From contig OX597814.1 in NCBI GenBank assembly GCA_951406725.2, forward strand, positions 102,920,001 through 102,984,000: a DNA stretch of 64,000 nt, read 5' to 3'. Both the position numbers and the translations under genes were made by a program. The notes under the pieces are model-generated. The model was not told where the DNA came from. It searched no databases and was given only the letters and a program-made list of their open reading frames with translations. This stretch comes from Octopus vulgaris. Its lineage: Eukaryota. Of this stretch, positions 27,061 to 38,452 are shown piece after piece; the stretch's first letter is position 1, and the number at the start of each line of letters is the position of its first letter.

Positions 27061-27532
27061 CCGAACGTGGCCGTTGCCAGCACCGCTCCGACGGGCCTCC
27101 GTGCCAGTGGCGCGTAAAAAAGCACCATCCGATCGTGACCATTGCCAGCCTCGCCTGGCCCCCGTGCTAGTGGCACATAAAAAGCACCATCCGACCGTGG
27201 CTGTTTGCCAGCCCCATCTGGCACCAGTGCCGGTGGCACATAAAAAGCACCATCCGATCGTGACCATTGCCAGCCTCGCCTGGCCCCCGTGTCGGTGGCA
27301 CATAAAAAGCACTATCCGACCGTGGCCATTTGCCAGCCCCGTCTGGCACCTGTGCCGGTGGCACGTAAAAAGCACCCACTACACTCATGGAGTGGTTGGC
27401 GTTAGGAAGGGCATCCAGCCGTAGAAACATTGCCAGATCAGACTGGGCCTGGTGCAGCCTTCAGGCTTCCCAGACCCCATTTGAACTGTCCAACGCATGC
27501 TAGCATGGAAAGCGGATGCTAAATGATGATGA
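27061..27532 (+). repeat. RTE 3' tail with tandem array of ~62-nt units
   Basis: Five gtgc(c/t)(g/a)gtggcac(g/a)taaaaagcac cores in A-B-A-B order, then the common tail. Confidence 0.9.
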
Positions 27533-27896
27533 AATATATATATATATATACATATAAAAGGGATGACCTGTAAGTGGACATCCATTATGCTAGAAGATCC
27601 ACTATGCCCTTACCACTAAGAAAGGAATGTTCTCAAGAAAAATTTAGCAAATGCCCAGAATGTAAGAGAGGAAGACAAATGAAAAGATACAAAATAGAGA
27701 TTAATCACAAACCAGGTTTTGTTAACGCTTACATAATCATTTACGTAATTATCCACAACTCATCAGTGTGATCGTCTTTGCAAATATAATTTGCAGAACT
27801 ATACACAAGATGTCCACATGAGATTGAACATGTATACAGTTCTGCCAATTACAATTGGGGTCACTTTTCAAGTCTTCATTTTGGCATGCTAAACTA

Positions 27897-27928
<32 letters not shown>

Positions 27929-28029
27929 GCATATACTATATATGTATACATATATATGTATATAATATATATATATATATACAATATATAGGTTATGAGA
28001 GGTAATGGTATCAGTGAGACCCAAAAGTG

Positions 28030-28500
28030 TCAGGTAATGCTGGATAAATGCTATGGATAGACCATTGTTAAGTTCCAGATTCAGTGATTATGTGAATAAG
28101 GGGTCCAACTTAGGTCAAATATCAGCGTGCGTATATAAAAATTCTTTTCATAGTGAGATAAATAAAACCAAGGCTGTGTAGATTTTAGAACATTTATAAA
28201 TAGGTCTTACAGCTGTTTCTAGGATATTTATTATATCTTCATCAGAGACAGTGTGAGAGGATGGTTAAGCAATAGTTAATTTAGATAAGATACGAAATAG
28301 AGAGTGAAGTGGAAGAATGAAAATAGATGTGAGATATGCAGAAATATTGCATCTGTAGATCCATTATTTAGGCAGAATGGTATACATATCAGATTCCAAT
28401 ACCTTATGAGTAAAATCCAACAGTATTTAAAATTGGTCATTCCAAGTATAGAGTTTATACACAGTATTATTGAATCAAGGGTTTTATTTAAAGTGACCTA
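28030..28500 (-). mobile_element. Penelope-like element 3' end / pseudo-LTR remnant
   Basis: Degenerate GIY-YIG-type C-terminus at ~28500-28380, followed by a hammerhead motif. Confidence 0.55.
28204..28249 (-). ncRNA. Minimal type I hammerhead ribozyme motif
   Basis: GTCT-CTGATGA-A-GATAT(AATAA)ATATC-CTA-GAAA-C-AGCT-G-TA-AGAC: core boxes intact, stem I GTCT/AGAC, palindromic stem III, GUA cleavage triplet. Confidence 0.75.
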
Positions 28501-28529
28501 AAAGTAGGGAATGTATTAGTAAATGGAAG

Positions 28530-28769
28530 TAGAAAGCACTATCGGAATGTGGTCGATGACAGGTCCTCTTGGCTGGCTCCTGTGCTAGTGGTATGTAAAA
28601 AGCACCCACTACACTCTTGGAGTGGTTGGCATTAGGAAGGGCATCCAGCTGTAGAAACTCTGCCAGACCAGATTGGAGTGTGGTGTGTCCACTGGCTCCC
28701 CAGACCTCAGTCAAACCATTCAACCCATGCCAGCATGGAAAACGGACATTAATCAATGATAATGATGAT
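28530..28769 (+). mobile_element. RTE-type 3' tail copy
   Basis: gtgctagtggtatgtaaaaagcacccactacactc...catgccagcatggaaaacggac. Confidence 0.8.
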
Positions 28770-28776
28770 ATATATT

Positions 28777-29130
28777 TCTCTTTTTCTCTTTTACTTGTTT
28801 CAGTCATTTGACTGCGGCCATGCTGGAGCACCGCCTTTAGTCGAGCAAATCGACCCCGGGACTTATTCTTTGTAAGCCCAGTACTTATTCTATCGGTCTC
28901 TTTTTGCCGAACCGCTAAGTGACGGGGACATAAACACACCAGCATCGGTTGTCAAGCAATGCTATGGGGACAAACACAGACACACAAACACACATACATA
29001 TATATATATACATATATACGACAGGCTTCTTTCAGTTTCCGTCTACCAAATCCACTCACAAGGCATTGGTCAGCCCGGGGCTATAGCAGAAGACACTTGC
29101 CCAAGATGCCACGCAGTGGGACTGAACCCG
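28777..29130 (-). mobile_element. tRNA-derived SINE (family with gcttgacaaccgatgctggtgtg core)
   Basis: Reverse complement of the copies at 55870-56230 and 58659-58990. Confidence 0.85.
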
Positions 29131-29419
29131 ATATATATATATACATATATATAATTTAAAAAAACATGTAGTAAATGAATATATACTAAATACAGATGAA
29201 CAGAAAACATAAGTCACCAACTCCTCTTCAGTTATCAGCCAGAGGGTCAAAGCACAATTTTGGCCATTATCGATAATATTGCTTCCACTCTGGAGGCACC
29301 GTCAAGAAACATGCCAGGAATGGGACCAAAACATAAGACAGGCTCAAGATGAGACCGTTAGTAAACAGACAAGGGACAAAATGAAGAGAATAAAGTCTTA
29401 GGGCCACACAAAAACAACA

Positions 29420-29467
<48 letters not shown>

Positions 29468-29614
29468 TACATACAGTAGTTTACCATTACCCCATCATAG
29501 TGCAAAATCAAATTAAAATTGAGTAAAAGTTAGAAACAAATTATCACTTTTTTTTTCATCACTTAAAATTGCAATAACTTTTTTCAATCTGATATCTTTT
29601 GAGATAACTGATAC

Positions 29615-29982
29615 TTGTTGAGGCAAGTGAAATCGAAATCGATCAAAATCAATGGAAATTGTAATTGTGATACCAGTGCCGGTGGCACGTAAGAGAACCA
29701 TTTGAACGTGGCCGTTGCCAGCGCTGGCCTCCGTGCCAGTGACATGTAAAAAGCACCATCCTATCGTGGCCGTTGCCAGCCTCGTATGGCACCTGTGCCG
29801 GTGGCACGTAAAAAGCACCCACTACACTCACGGAGTGGTTGGTGTTAGGAAAGGCATCCAACTGTAGAAACACTGCCAAATCAGACTGGGCCTGGTGCAG
29901 CCTTCTGGCTTCCCAGACCTCAGTTGAACCGTCCAACCCATGCTAGCATGGAAAGCGGACGTTAAACGATGATGATGATGAT
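29615..29982 (+). mobile_element. RTE-type 3' tail with 3 repeat cores
   Basis: gttgaggcaagtgaaatc...gtgccggtggcacgtaaaaagcaccc...gttaaacgatgatgatgatg. Confidence 0.85.
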
Positions 29983-31339
29983 CTTTTAATGGAGTTTTCA
30001 AAAGATTTTACTCATTGAGGTCTTTTAAAAAAATATAATTAAAGTATAGTCTGCATTTGAAATACCCAAGATATTTTGAGTCAAACATCAATTTTAGGTG
30101 TTACCAAGTTTTTGGCTACATAAAGCTGCATAACTTTTTTCAATCTAATATCTTTTAATGGGGTTTTCCCCAAAAGCTTCTACTCAAGTTCTTTTAAAAA
30201 TATATAATTAAAGCATAATTTGATTTTCAAATAACTAAGAAATTATGAATTAAAGTAAATATCAGACATTACTCTCACATTTTTGGCCCTACACTTTCTA
30301 TTATAACTTTTTTTCTACTGAACCAAATTTCTATTATTTTATGTGAAAATGTAGCTTACCAATGGTCCATTGTAGTGCAAAAAAAATGAATTAAGATTGA
30401 GTTAAAACTGAATTTTGGTAAAGTGTCAAATTGGCCACAAGTGAGCAAAAGCTGATCTTAAGAATATTATTCACACACTACCATGTGAATGATATCTATG
30501 CGTGTGTGATATGTGTGAATGATATAGGTGTGCGTGTGTGTGTGTCTGTGTGTGTAAAATGTAAAACTCAACTGTAATCTGGAGCAAATTGATGTATGAG
30601 AAGAAATTGTTATTCATAAAGAATATACATTGAATATTCAAATTTATTTGTGGCAATTAATTCTACAAATATCTCAATGATTAATATAGTCTACTTGTTA
30701 CGAAAAAGTAATGAATTCATAATTATTACAAGATCCATTCAGGTAAAAGGACTTCTCAGAAAATAGTGAGGTGTTGATTTGGGAAAAGTCCAACAAAATC
30801 AGCATCTGAACGAAATTCCTAGACAGCATTGCTGAAAATAAAGAAAAGGTAGCAAATGTATGCAATATTATTGAAAGTAACTACCACTCTGATATAAATT
30901 TTCTCAGTCTACTCAACAAGAGCAGAAGCAGGTTGAAGGCTTCAAGATCTATCAAACTGTAAAACAAAAGCTTTTGATGAAAAAAGGCAGAAAACTGGCT
31001 TCAAGTCAACACGAGAGATTCTCTCCGTCACTTGTGTTCTCCTTGCTTCCTTCAGTCCTGGAAATGTAAGGTTCTGTGCTCTCGGGTGAGTGTGAAAGGA
31101 AGTCAATGTAGTGATTCCCCTGTGAGAAACTATAATTTGTCATAAAAACCTGCATGTGATACTAAATAAATAAAAAGCCCTGTGTGTGTGTGTGTGTATT
31201 CCATGCTGTAAGGTGTTTAGTGTATATAACACATTATATATATCCATTAAGTGGTTGATATTGAGTAGACTCAGTCAGCTCTGTTTGAATATATACAACA
31301 TATAGACAGTAACTTGAATGCTTATGAGCAGTCCACAGG

Positions 31340-31915
31340 CCCAGTAAGTTGGATAAGCAAAGACATTCTGTTTCAATCTGGTGAATATATAATGTCCAAT
31401 GGTAGCAATTATATGATGTTTCAAGGCAACAGATAAATGCTGTCTGAGACCAGCACATAAGTGAGGTATTGTGTAAGGAAACAGAAGGTGTCTGATGCTG
31501 GTAAATGCATGAGATATCACAGAAGTAAATGTAAGATGTCCTGTGCTAGCAAATATATGAGGTTTCACGGCAGGTACTATATGCAGTTGGTTAACAGGAA
31601 ATATATGATATCTCATGGCACACAATAACTGATCTCTTGTAACAATAACGATGTGATGTTTTGTAACAACAAGTATATGATGTTTCAGCACAGAAAATAT
31701 GCTATCTTTGATGTAACCAAATATATAATGTCTTGTGCCATCTAATACATAATGTTTGTTCATTTCTGCTAATATAAAATGCCTCATGCAAGCAAATACA
31801 TGCCGTTTGTTGATGCCAGCTAATAATATAGAATGTGTTTTGCCAGCAATTGCCCAATGACTTCTCCTGACAAAAACAATGATGTCATACAGCAGCAAAT
31901 ACATGTGATGTCATA
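31340..31915. repeat. Degenerate 24-nt minisatellite, open on the minus strand as an octapeptide-repeat ORF
   Basis: About 20 units with consensus GCTGGCATGAGACATCATATATTT (-); ORF 31275-31904 shows a period-8 pattern, [RK]HHIFAxx. Confidence 0.75.
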
Positions 31916-32089
31916 TTGTAGAGATTTACTTTGTGTTTTATAGATTAGCATTTAGAGATGCCTTCTCCCCACACTTCTTCATTGCAGAACATACTGTTTG
32001 GAAACGGAAGATATTCAAATATGTGAAACTAGCTCAAAGGCCACTCTATACGGCAGTTTTAAGCTAGTATAAAGCTTTTAAGCAACTGA

Positions 32090-32195
32090 CCCCGAATGGG
32101 AAGATCTGCAAACAGATCTCTGGCTTGTTTTGGAGAATTTCTTGCAATTGCTTCCGTCAGAGTCATATCCCAAAGACAATCATATTCATTGCAAA
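32090..32195 (-). mobile_element. Possible Helitron Rep/helicase remnant
   Basis: EYDCLWDMTLTEAIARNSPKQARDLFA resembles the Helitron EDD.HW..TL.EA....SP.QLR.LFA motif (recalled, not searched). Confidence 0.45.
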
Positions 32196-32584
32196 AATAT
32201 CATGTAAAAAAAAAATTAAAAAAATTCACCGAAAACAATCGCAGTAATGAAAACATAGGAATCCAAAATTTCTGGATTCAGCCTGGAATCTTTTTAATTT
32301 ACTCATGGATATAGCTTTAGATTATAAAAATTGTTATCATAAAAAAAATTTGCTGCAAAAAGTCACGTTAAAAATTCGCCAAAAATAATCACAGAAATGA
32401 AAATTTGGGAATCCAAAACTTCAGGATTGGGGGGTCTGGATTTGGCCCGGAATTATTTTAATTTACTCACAGAGTCAGCCTGATTTCAAAATGGTATATG
32501 TTGGGCTACAGCCTCTAGGAGTAAAGTTGAAAAAGTGTGACACACTGACATTCACGTTTATTGCATGATATTAAGGCGGTGAGC

Positions 32585-35500
32585 CATACTCACTAAGAGA
32601 GAGAATTCGCCGGAGAAACCTGATATCCGAACTAAAGATGAGGAAACAAATGGGAGAGAAGGGTTTACGAATCCAAGATGGACAGATAATCAAGTCCTAC
32701 CTCTGATCCCATGCTGTAGTGCTGACAGGGAAAGTGATGTGAGGGCAAATCGAAGTGAAGTTATACCCCCGTCAACGATGCTATCTCTGATACCCCTTAT
32801 TCTGCTTGTTCCCCAACTCCCGCCCCTCAGACTTCACAGCTCAGCATCGTCTACACCAACTCGTGCTCCTTATTCCCAAAGTTCAGTGAACTATTTACAC
32901 TGGCCATACGTGACTCCCCTGATGTGATAGCTATCACCGAGACTTGGCTGACTCCAGCAGTAAAGGACTCAGAAATCCACCTGCAGGGCTACGTCCTTTT
33001 CAGATGTGACAGAGGAAAAAGGCGAGGTGGAGGTGTTGCTGTGTATGTTAAGTCTGAGCACAAACCGTCCAGCGGTATTCTACCCACTAATGCTCAGCCT
33101 ACAACAAAATTCGATGCCGTCTATTGCAAGCTGAGCCTATCTGAGTTTTGCCTGCCCGTGTTGGCTGTCTACAGGCCGCCTCTTGCCGACCCCCCAGGAC
33201 AATGCTCATTTACTCGAAGCGATAAGATTCGTTTCAGCTTCGCATGACTGTTTGGTACTAGGAGACTTCAACGCTCCCACGATCGATTGGCCCGCATCGA
33301 TTTGTACAACATCTTCCTGGTTCGGCCAGGCCCTTCTTGACGTGGCTGAAGATTGTTTTCTATCGCAACATGTTGAATATCCGACAAGGCATCGGTCTGG
33401 GCAGCAGCCATCTATGCTAGATCTGGTATTCTCCCGCTATCCAAGATCAGTGTCAGACGTATCTGTGTGCGCCCCTCTTGCCAAGAGTGATCATGCGGTC
33501 CTGAAGTTCGTCATGCACACAACTTTTTCTACGCCCACGACTACTTCGCTGCCACGTAATCTTGAAATTCTAACCGAGGCTTCCGCGCTTCTGGACTGGC
33601 GATCCCTGATGACGTTGTCCTCAGTTGACGAACTATGGTCATCCCTCAAAGCACATGTAATCTGTTTGACTGACCAGGCAGTTCCCGTTGGGCTTCCCAA
33701 GAGGAAGAAACACAAGCCCTGGGTGACGAAGAGGATTAAACGAGAACGTCGACTCAGAGATATTGCTTGGGCTGAATTAAAAAATCTGGATTCGACTGCA
33801 GCTTTTGAGGTGTACAAAACTCAACAAGACCGAGCCGTGAAAATCGAAAAGAAAGAACGCTTCAGTTATGAATACAAAATCGCGGCAAATGCCAGTAGCA
33901 ATCCAAAAACCTTCTTTGCCCATGTCCAGCGGAATTCCCGCTTGAACAACCAGATTGCAACGTTGGTAGACTCAACAGGCGTATCGATTGAGGACCCTTA
34001 TCAATAGAGTCAATTATTTGCCGAGGCTTTTTCAACTATTTTCAAACAAGATGATGGTCGTGAACCCCCTCCATTTGATAGATTGGTACCTCCAATGCTT
34101 CGATTGGTCATCACGCGGGACGAAGTCAAACGTGTTATTCAAGGCCTCGATGTCAACAAGGGTCAAGGCCCTGACGGCATACACCCACGGGTTATCAAAG
34201 CGTTGGCTCCGGTCATCTGCGAGCCCGTAACACGACTATTCAATATGTCATTGGCGACGGGTGTTATACCTGCAGACTGGAGAACAGCGATAATCTGCCC
34301 AATTTTCAAGAAAGGGAGCCGCAAAGACCCGCTTAACTACCGACCGGTTTCCCTTACATCAATAATCAGCAAGATGTTCGAAACCATCCTTAAGAAAAGT
34401 ATGATGCTCCACCTCCTAAACACAGCCTCTATCTCTGATTCCAAACATGGCTTCGTGCCGAAGAGATCATGCTTGACCAATTTACTAGTAATGGAAGAAT
34501 TGGTGGCACGCATCCTCGATGATAGTGATGCTGTTGACATCGTTTTACTGGACTTTGCCAAAGCTTTTGACTCGGTAAACCACCGCCTATTACTTGTCAA
34601 GCTTCAAGCATATAGTTTCCATCCGGATATTGTACGATGGGTTGGTGCCTTCCTCTCAGATCGCTCCTTCCAAGTCCAAGTTAATGGTTCGTGGTCCGAC
34701 GTCTCCAGTGCGAGCAGTGGCGTGCCTCAAGGTTCAGTGCTTGGGCCCTTGTTGTTCTTAGTCTTCATAAATGACTTGCCCGACGACCTCACGCAACACA
34801 CCCTTCTATTTGCCGACGATATCAAACTGGTCGCTCCTCGCGGTAATATAGAGGATCTTCGTCGATGCCTCCACCAAATTTGGAAGTGGTCTAACGATTG
34901 GGACCTGTGTCTGAACGTGTCAAAGTGCTGTCATTTGCCTGTCGGCTCTACTCCTGCAACTCAACTTGATTTCGAGCCGGGTCGTCTGCTGCTGGAGAGG
35001 ACCGATCAGGTAAAGGACCTAGGTATCTTGGTGGATTCCTCCTTTTCTCCTTCGGCCCAGTGCGTCCATGCTGCCAACAAAGCACGCGGAATTCTGTTCT
35101 TGATTCAACGGTCATTCGGAATGCTCACAGCAGCCATATTCCTACCACTCTATGTCACGCTGGTGAGACCCATATTGGAGTATGGGATTCAAGCCTCTTC
35201 TCCTTATCTCCTCAAAGACATACAGCATCTCGAAAGAGTCCAGAAGCTGGCTACCCGCATGGTTCATGGTCTCAAAAATTTGTCCTACGAAGAAAGGCTG
35301 AGGACGCTCGACCTTTATTCTCTTGAAAAACGCCGCCGCCATAGTGATCTCATTCTCACCCACAACATCATAAGCGGAAAGTGTAACCTCTCGAAAGAGC
35401 TGTTCTTCACTCCTGCTCCAGAGTGTCGGCTGCGGGGTCATTCCGAAAAGCTCTACCTGCGACGATTTCATCTCAATCGAAGGAGAGGAGCTTTCTCCGT

Positions 35501-35677
35501 CCGGGTTGCGGATCCGTGGAACAAGCTGCCAGACGAGATGGTGAAGATGCCGACGACCTGGACCTCAAGTGGCCTGAACTCTTTACATGAACACCACCCT
35601 GTACTTAACTCCATGTCCCCCTACATGGCCTTGCTATTTGCTTTTGAGCCAAATTAACTAACTAACTAACTAACTAA
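32585..35677 (+). mobile_element. Young 5'-truncated CR1-group LINE: ORF1 C-terminal stub, ORF2 APE endonuclease + RT, (TAAC)n tail
   Basis: EN motifs IAITETWL, GGGVAVYV, VYRPP, LGDFN, LDLVF, SDH. RT motifs LDFAKAFDSVNH, GVPQGSVLGPLLF, LFADD. A frameshift at ~33190 and a stop at 34005-34007; tail taactaactaac. Confidence 0.95.
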
Positions 35678-36402
35678 TTGTTAGCATGCCAGGCAAAATG
35701 CTTAGAGGTATTTTGAGTTCAAATTCTGTCAAGGTACCTTTGCTTTTCATCCTTTCAGGGTCACTAAAATTAGTACCAGTCAATGTAATCGACAATCCCT
35801 TCCCCCAAAACTTGAGGCCTTGTGCTTCCAATAGAAAAGATTTATTAAAGTTGAAAAACTGTGACATACTGACATATTTATTATATTAGATATGTTTAAT
35901 TTGGGGGGAAACTTTATTCCAATTAAAGTGTATTTTGTGTGTGTGTAAAGCAAAAATAAAACAAAAATGAAAGTGTTCAGTATGTTGGCCACAGGAATTT
36001 CTGTCAAAGAGACATGGTTAAATAAAGTTGTAAATCATCTCTCTCTCTCTTATTATTACTCCCACTGCTACCACCAACATTACTACTTTTAATAAAACAT
36101 CATAACTCTCCCTAAATTTCTTTCTGTCTCTTTCTCTCCCCCCTCTTTTTCTTTCTCTCGGTATCTGTCTTTACCACCCCCTCACCATCTCTATGCCTAC
36201 TATTACTCTCACCTCATCATAAGAAATAGAAGTGGCACTGAATAGTGAGAGAGGGGGTCAAAGTGTGACACACTGACACACAGAAATTAGTTTTTACATT
36301 CATCATATTAGATGATAGTAATATTACAGAAAAAGGATTTTGCTGTTGTATGAACCAGGTTAAATAGTTATTTAGAAGCTGCCTGACAGTTTCGGTAAGA
36401 TT

Positions 36403-36550
36403 TAAGAAAATGTTATCCACTAAATTTGCCATTCCAGACACAACGAACAAAAGGTGATGGCCGTTTCAGTAAAAACTAAGAAAATGTTATCCACTAAATT
36501 TGCCATTCCAGACACAACGAACAAAAGGTGATGGCCGTTTCAGTAAAAAC
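36403..36550. repeat. Perfect 74-bp tandem duplication
   Basis: taagaaaatgttatcc...cagtaaaaac occurs twice (36403-36476, 36477-36550). Confidence 0.95.
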
Positions 36551-36864
36551 TTCAAATAAAAAACATTCTTAACATCACTTTCTTCATATTCTTTTCTTCA
36601 ACGTCAACAATGTATACACTAACTCTTTAAATATCACATTCTGCTGCTATATAATATATACAACCAGTTACAAAACAGATAATGAAAATATGTTCCCAGA
36701 TTGAAAGCTACCAACTAGTTTAATGCTTGTAACATAACAGACCCAACTGGAGTAGAACAGACACTCAAAATATAGTTGTCTTGTATAATATTTAATTTAA
36801 ATGTATTATATGAAAATTCTAGGTTTTATAAATTTAATTTTATTTTGATGAATATAATCTTACT

Positions 36865-37728
36865 TCATCATCATCATCGTTTAACGTCTGCTTTCCATGC
36901 TGGCATGGGTGGACGATTTGACTGAAGGCTGGCGAACCAGATGGCTGCACCAGGCTCCAATCTTGATCTGGCAGAGTTTCTACAGCTGGATACCCTTCCT
37001 AATGCCAACCACTCAGAGTGTAGTGGGTGCTTTTTACGTGCCACCAGCACAGGGGCCAGTCTGGCAGTACTGGCAACGACCTTGCTCGAATCTTTTTACA
37101 CATGCCACCTCAGCAAAGGATTGAGGTTATTGAAAATTAGTGTTAAAATCAGTATAATAAATATTAACAGTGTAACCAGCCCACTTATGAGTTCCCCTCA
37201 TTCATTGGACAATAAACTTTGCTTGTGAAGGCCTGTTGAGGCAAGTGGAATCAAAATCGCTGACGTGGCCGATGACATTACTGCCTGATTGGCACTCATA
37301 CCAGTGGAACATTAAAAGCACCATCCGAGCATGGTAATTGCCAGGGCCGCTGATTGGCTCCTGTGCCAGTGGCACATAAAAAGCACTATTTGAGCATGGT
37401 TGTTGCCAGCATTGCCTTAATGGCACATGAAAAACAATATTTGAGCATGGTCATTGCCAGTGCCGCCGGACTGGCTCCTGTACAGGTAGCACGTAAAAAA
37501 CACCTTTTGAGCATGATTGTTGTCAGAACTGCCTGACTAGCCCTCATGCTGGTGGCACGTAAAAGCACCCACTACACTCTTGGATTGGTTGGCATTAGGA
37601 AGGGCATCCAGCTGTAGAAACTTTGCCAAATCAGATTGAGCCTGGTGCAGCCATCTGGCTCACCAGTCCTCAGTCAAACTGCCCAACCCATGCCAGCATG
37701 GAAAGCGGACGTTAAATGACGACGATGA
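36865..37728. mobile_element. Two RTE-type tails in inverted orientation (- 36865-37110; + 37198-37728)
   Basis: Same family motifs on opposite strands; the + copy carries a ~5-unit array. Confidence 0.85.
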
Positions 37729-38452
37729 AGTAAATATTAATGAAATGACTTCAGTTCTGCAGAGTTTTTTGAAAATCCATAGAATAATAAAATTTTGCAG
37801 AAATTGGATTTCAAAGGTGCAGATTATAATTATATAACTGATATTAAGAAAATTTTGTTTTTTACTCATTAAGGAAAGAAGTCTATATCTTCTTAACCTT
37901 TCAGTAATTGGTTAATGATCATTGAACAGCATAAAAAACCCATGACAATATCCTAATTAACATGAGTCATCAACATGAAACTGGAAGATAGATTATTTGT
38001 TTGAAAACAGTCTTCTCAACAACCCCTATGTTAGAGACATAGTTGCTGTTATATCTCATGAACTCGACTTTGAGAACAACAGTAAAGTTGAGAAGAAAAC
38101 CGCACTTGAAATGCATTTTGTTTGGTATTTATCACATTCCCATGACAAGACCTTTACCGAAAGTGAAGTGAAATCAAATGTTATTTATTAAAGAAATAAA
38201 AATTACAACATAGCAACAAAAGTAAGTTAACCAACCATCAAAGATTCATAGAGTGCAAGTCTTTAGAGAAATTAAGACATACTCTTTGTCTCCAAGTTAG
38301 GACAAGCATAATATAGCCTTTGGAAAATGGTAAAACTGCATCCATCTGTTTGGTGCCCTGTCATAAAATCTTTGAAAGTTCTTCAGAAGATAATAAAAGC
38401 AATGAAATTACAACCCTACCAAAAGGATGTAACAATACTTCAAGAGTATCTA

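Noticed and set aside
27061-27380. CRISPR-like look of regularly spaced conserved cores
   Set aside because: The 'spacers' are homologous to each other, the context is a eukaryotic LINE tail, and there are no cas genes.
29200-29240. CTGAAGA hammerhead-like start on the minus strand
   Set aside because: No stem II or GAAA core follows; at best a truncated remnant.
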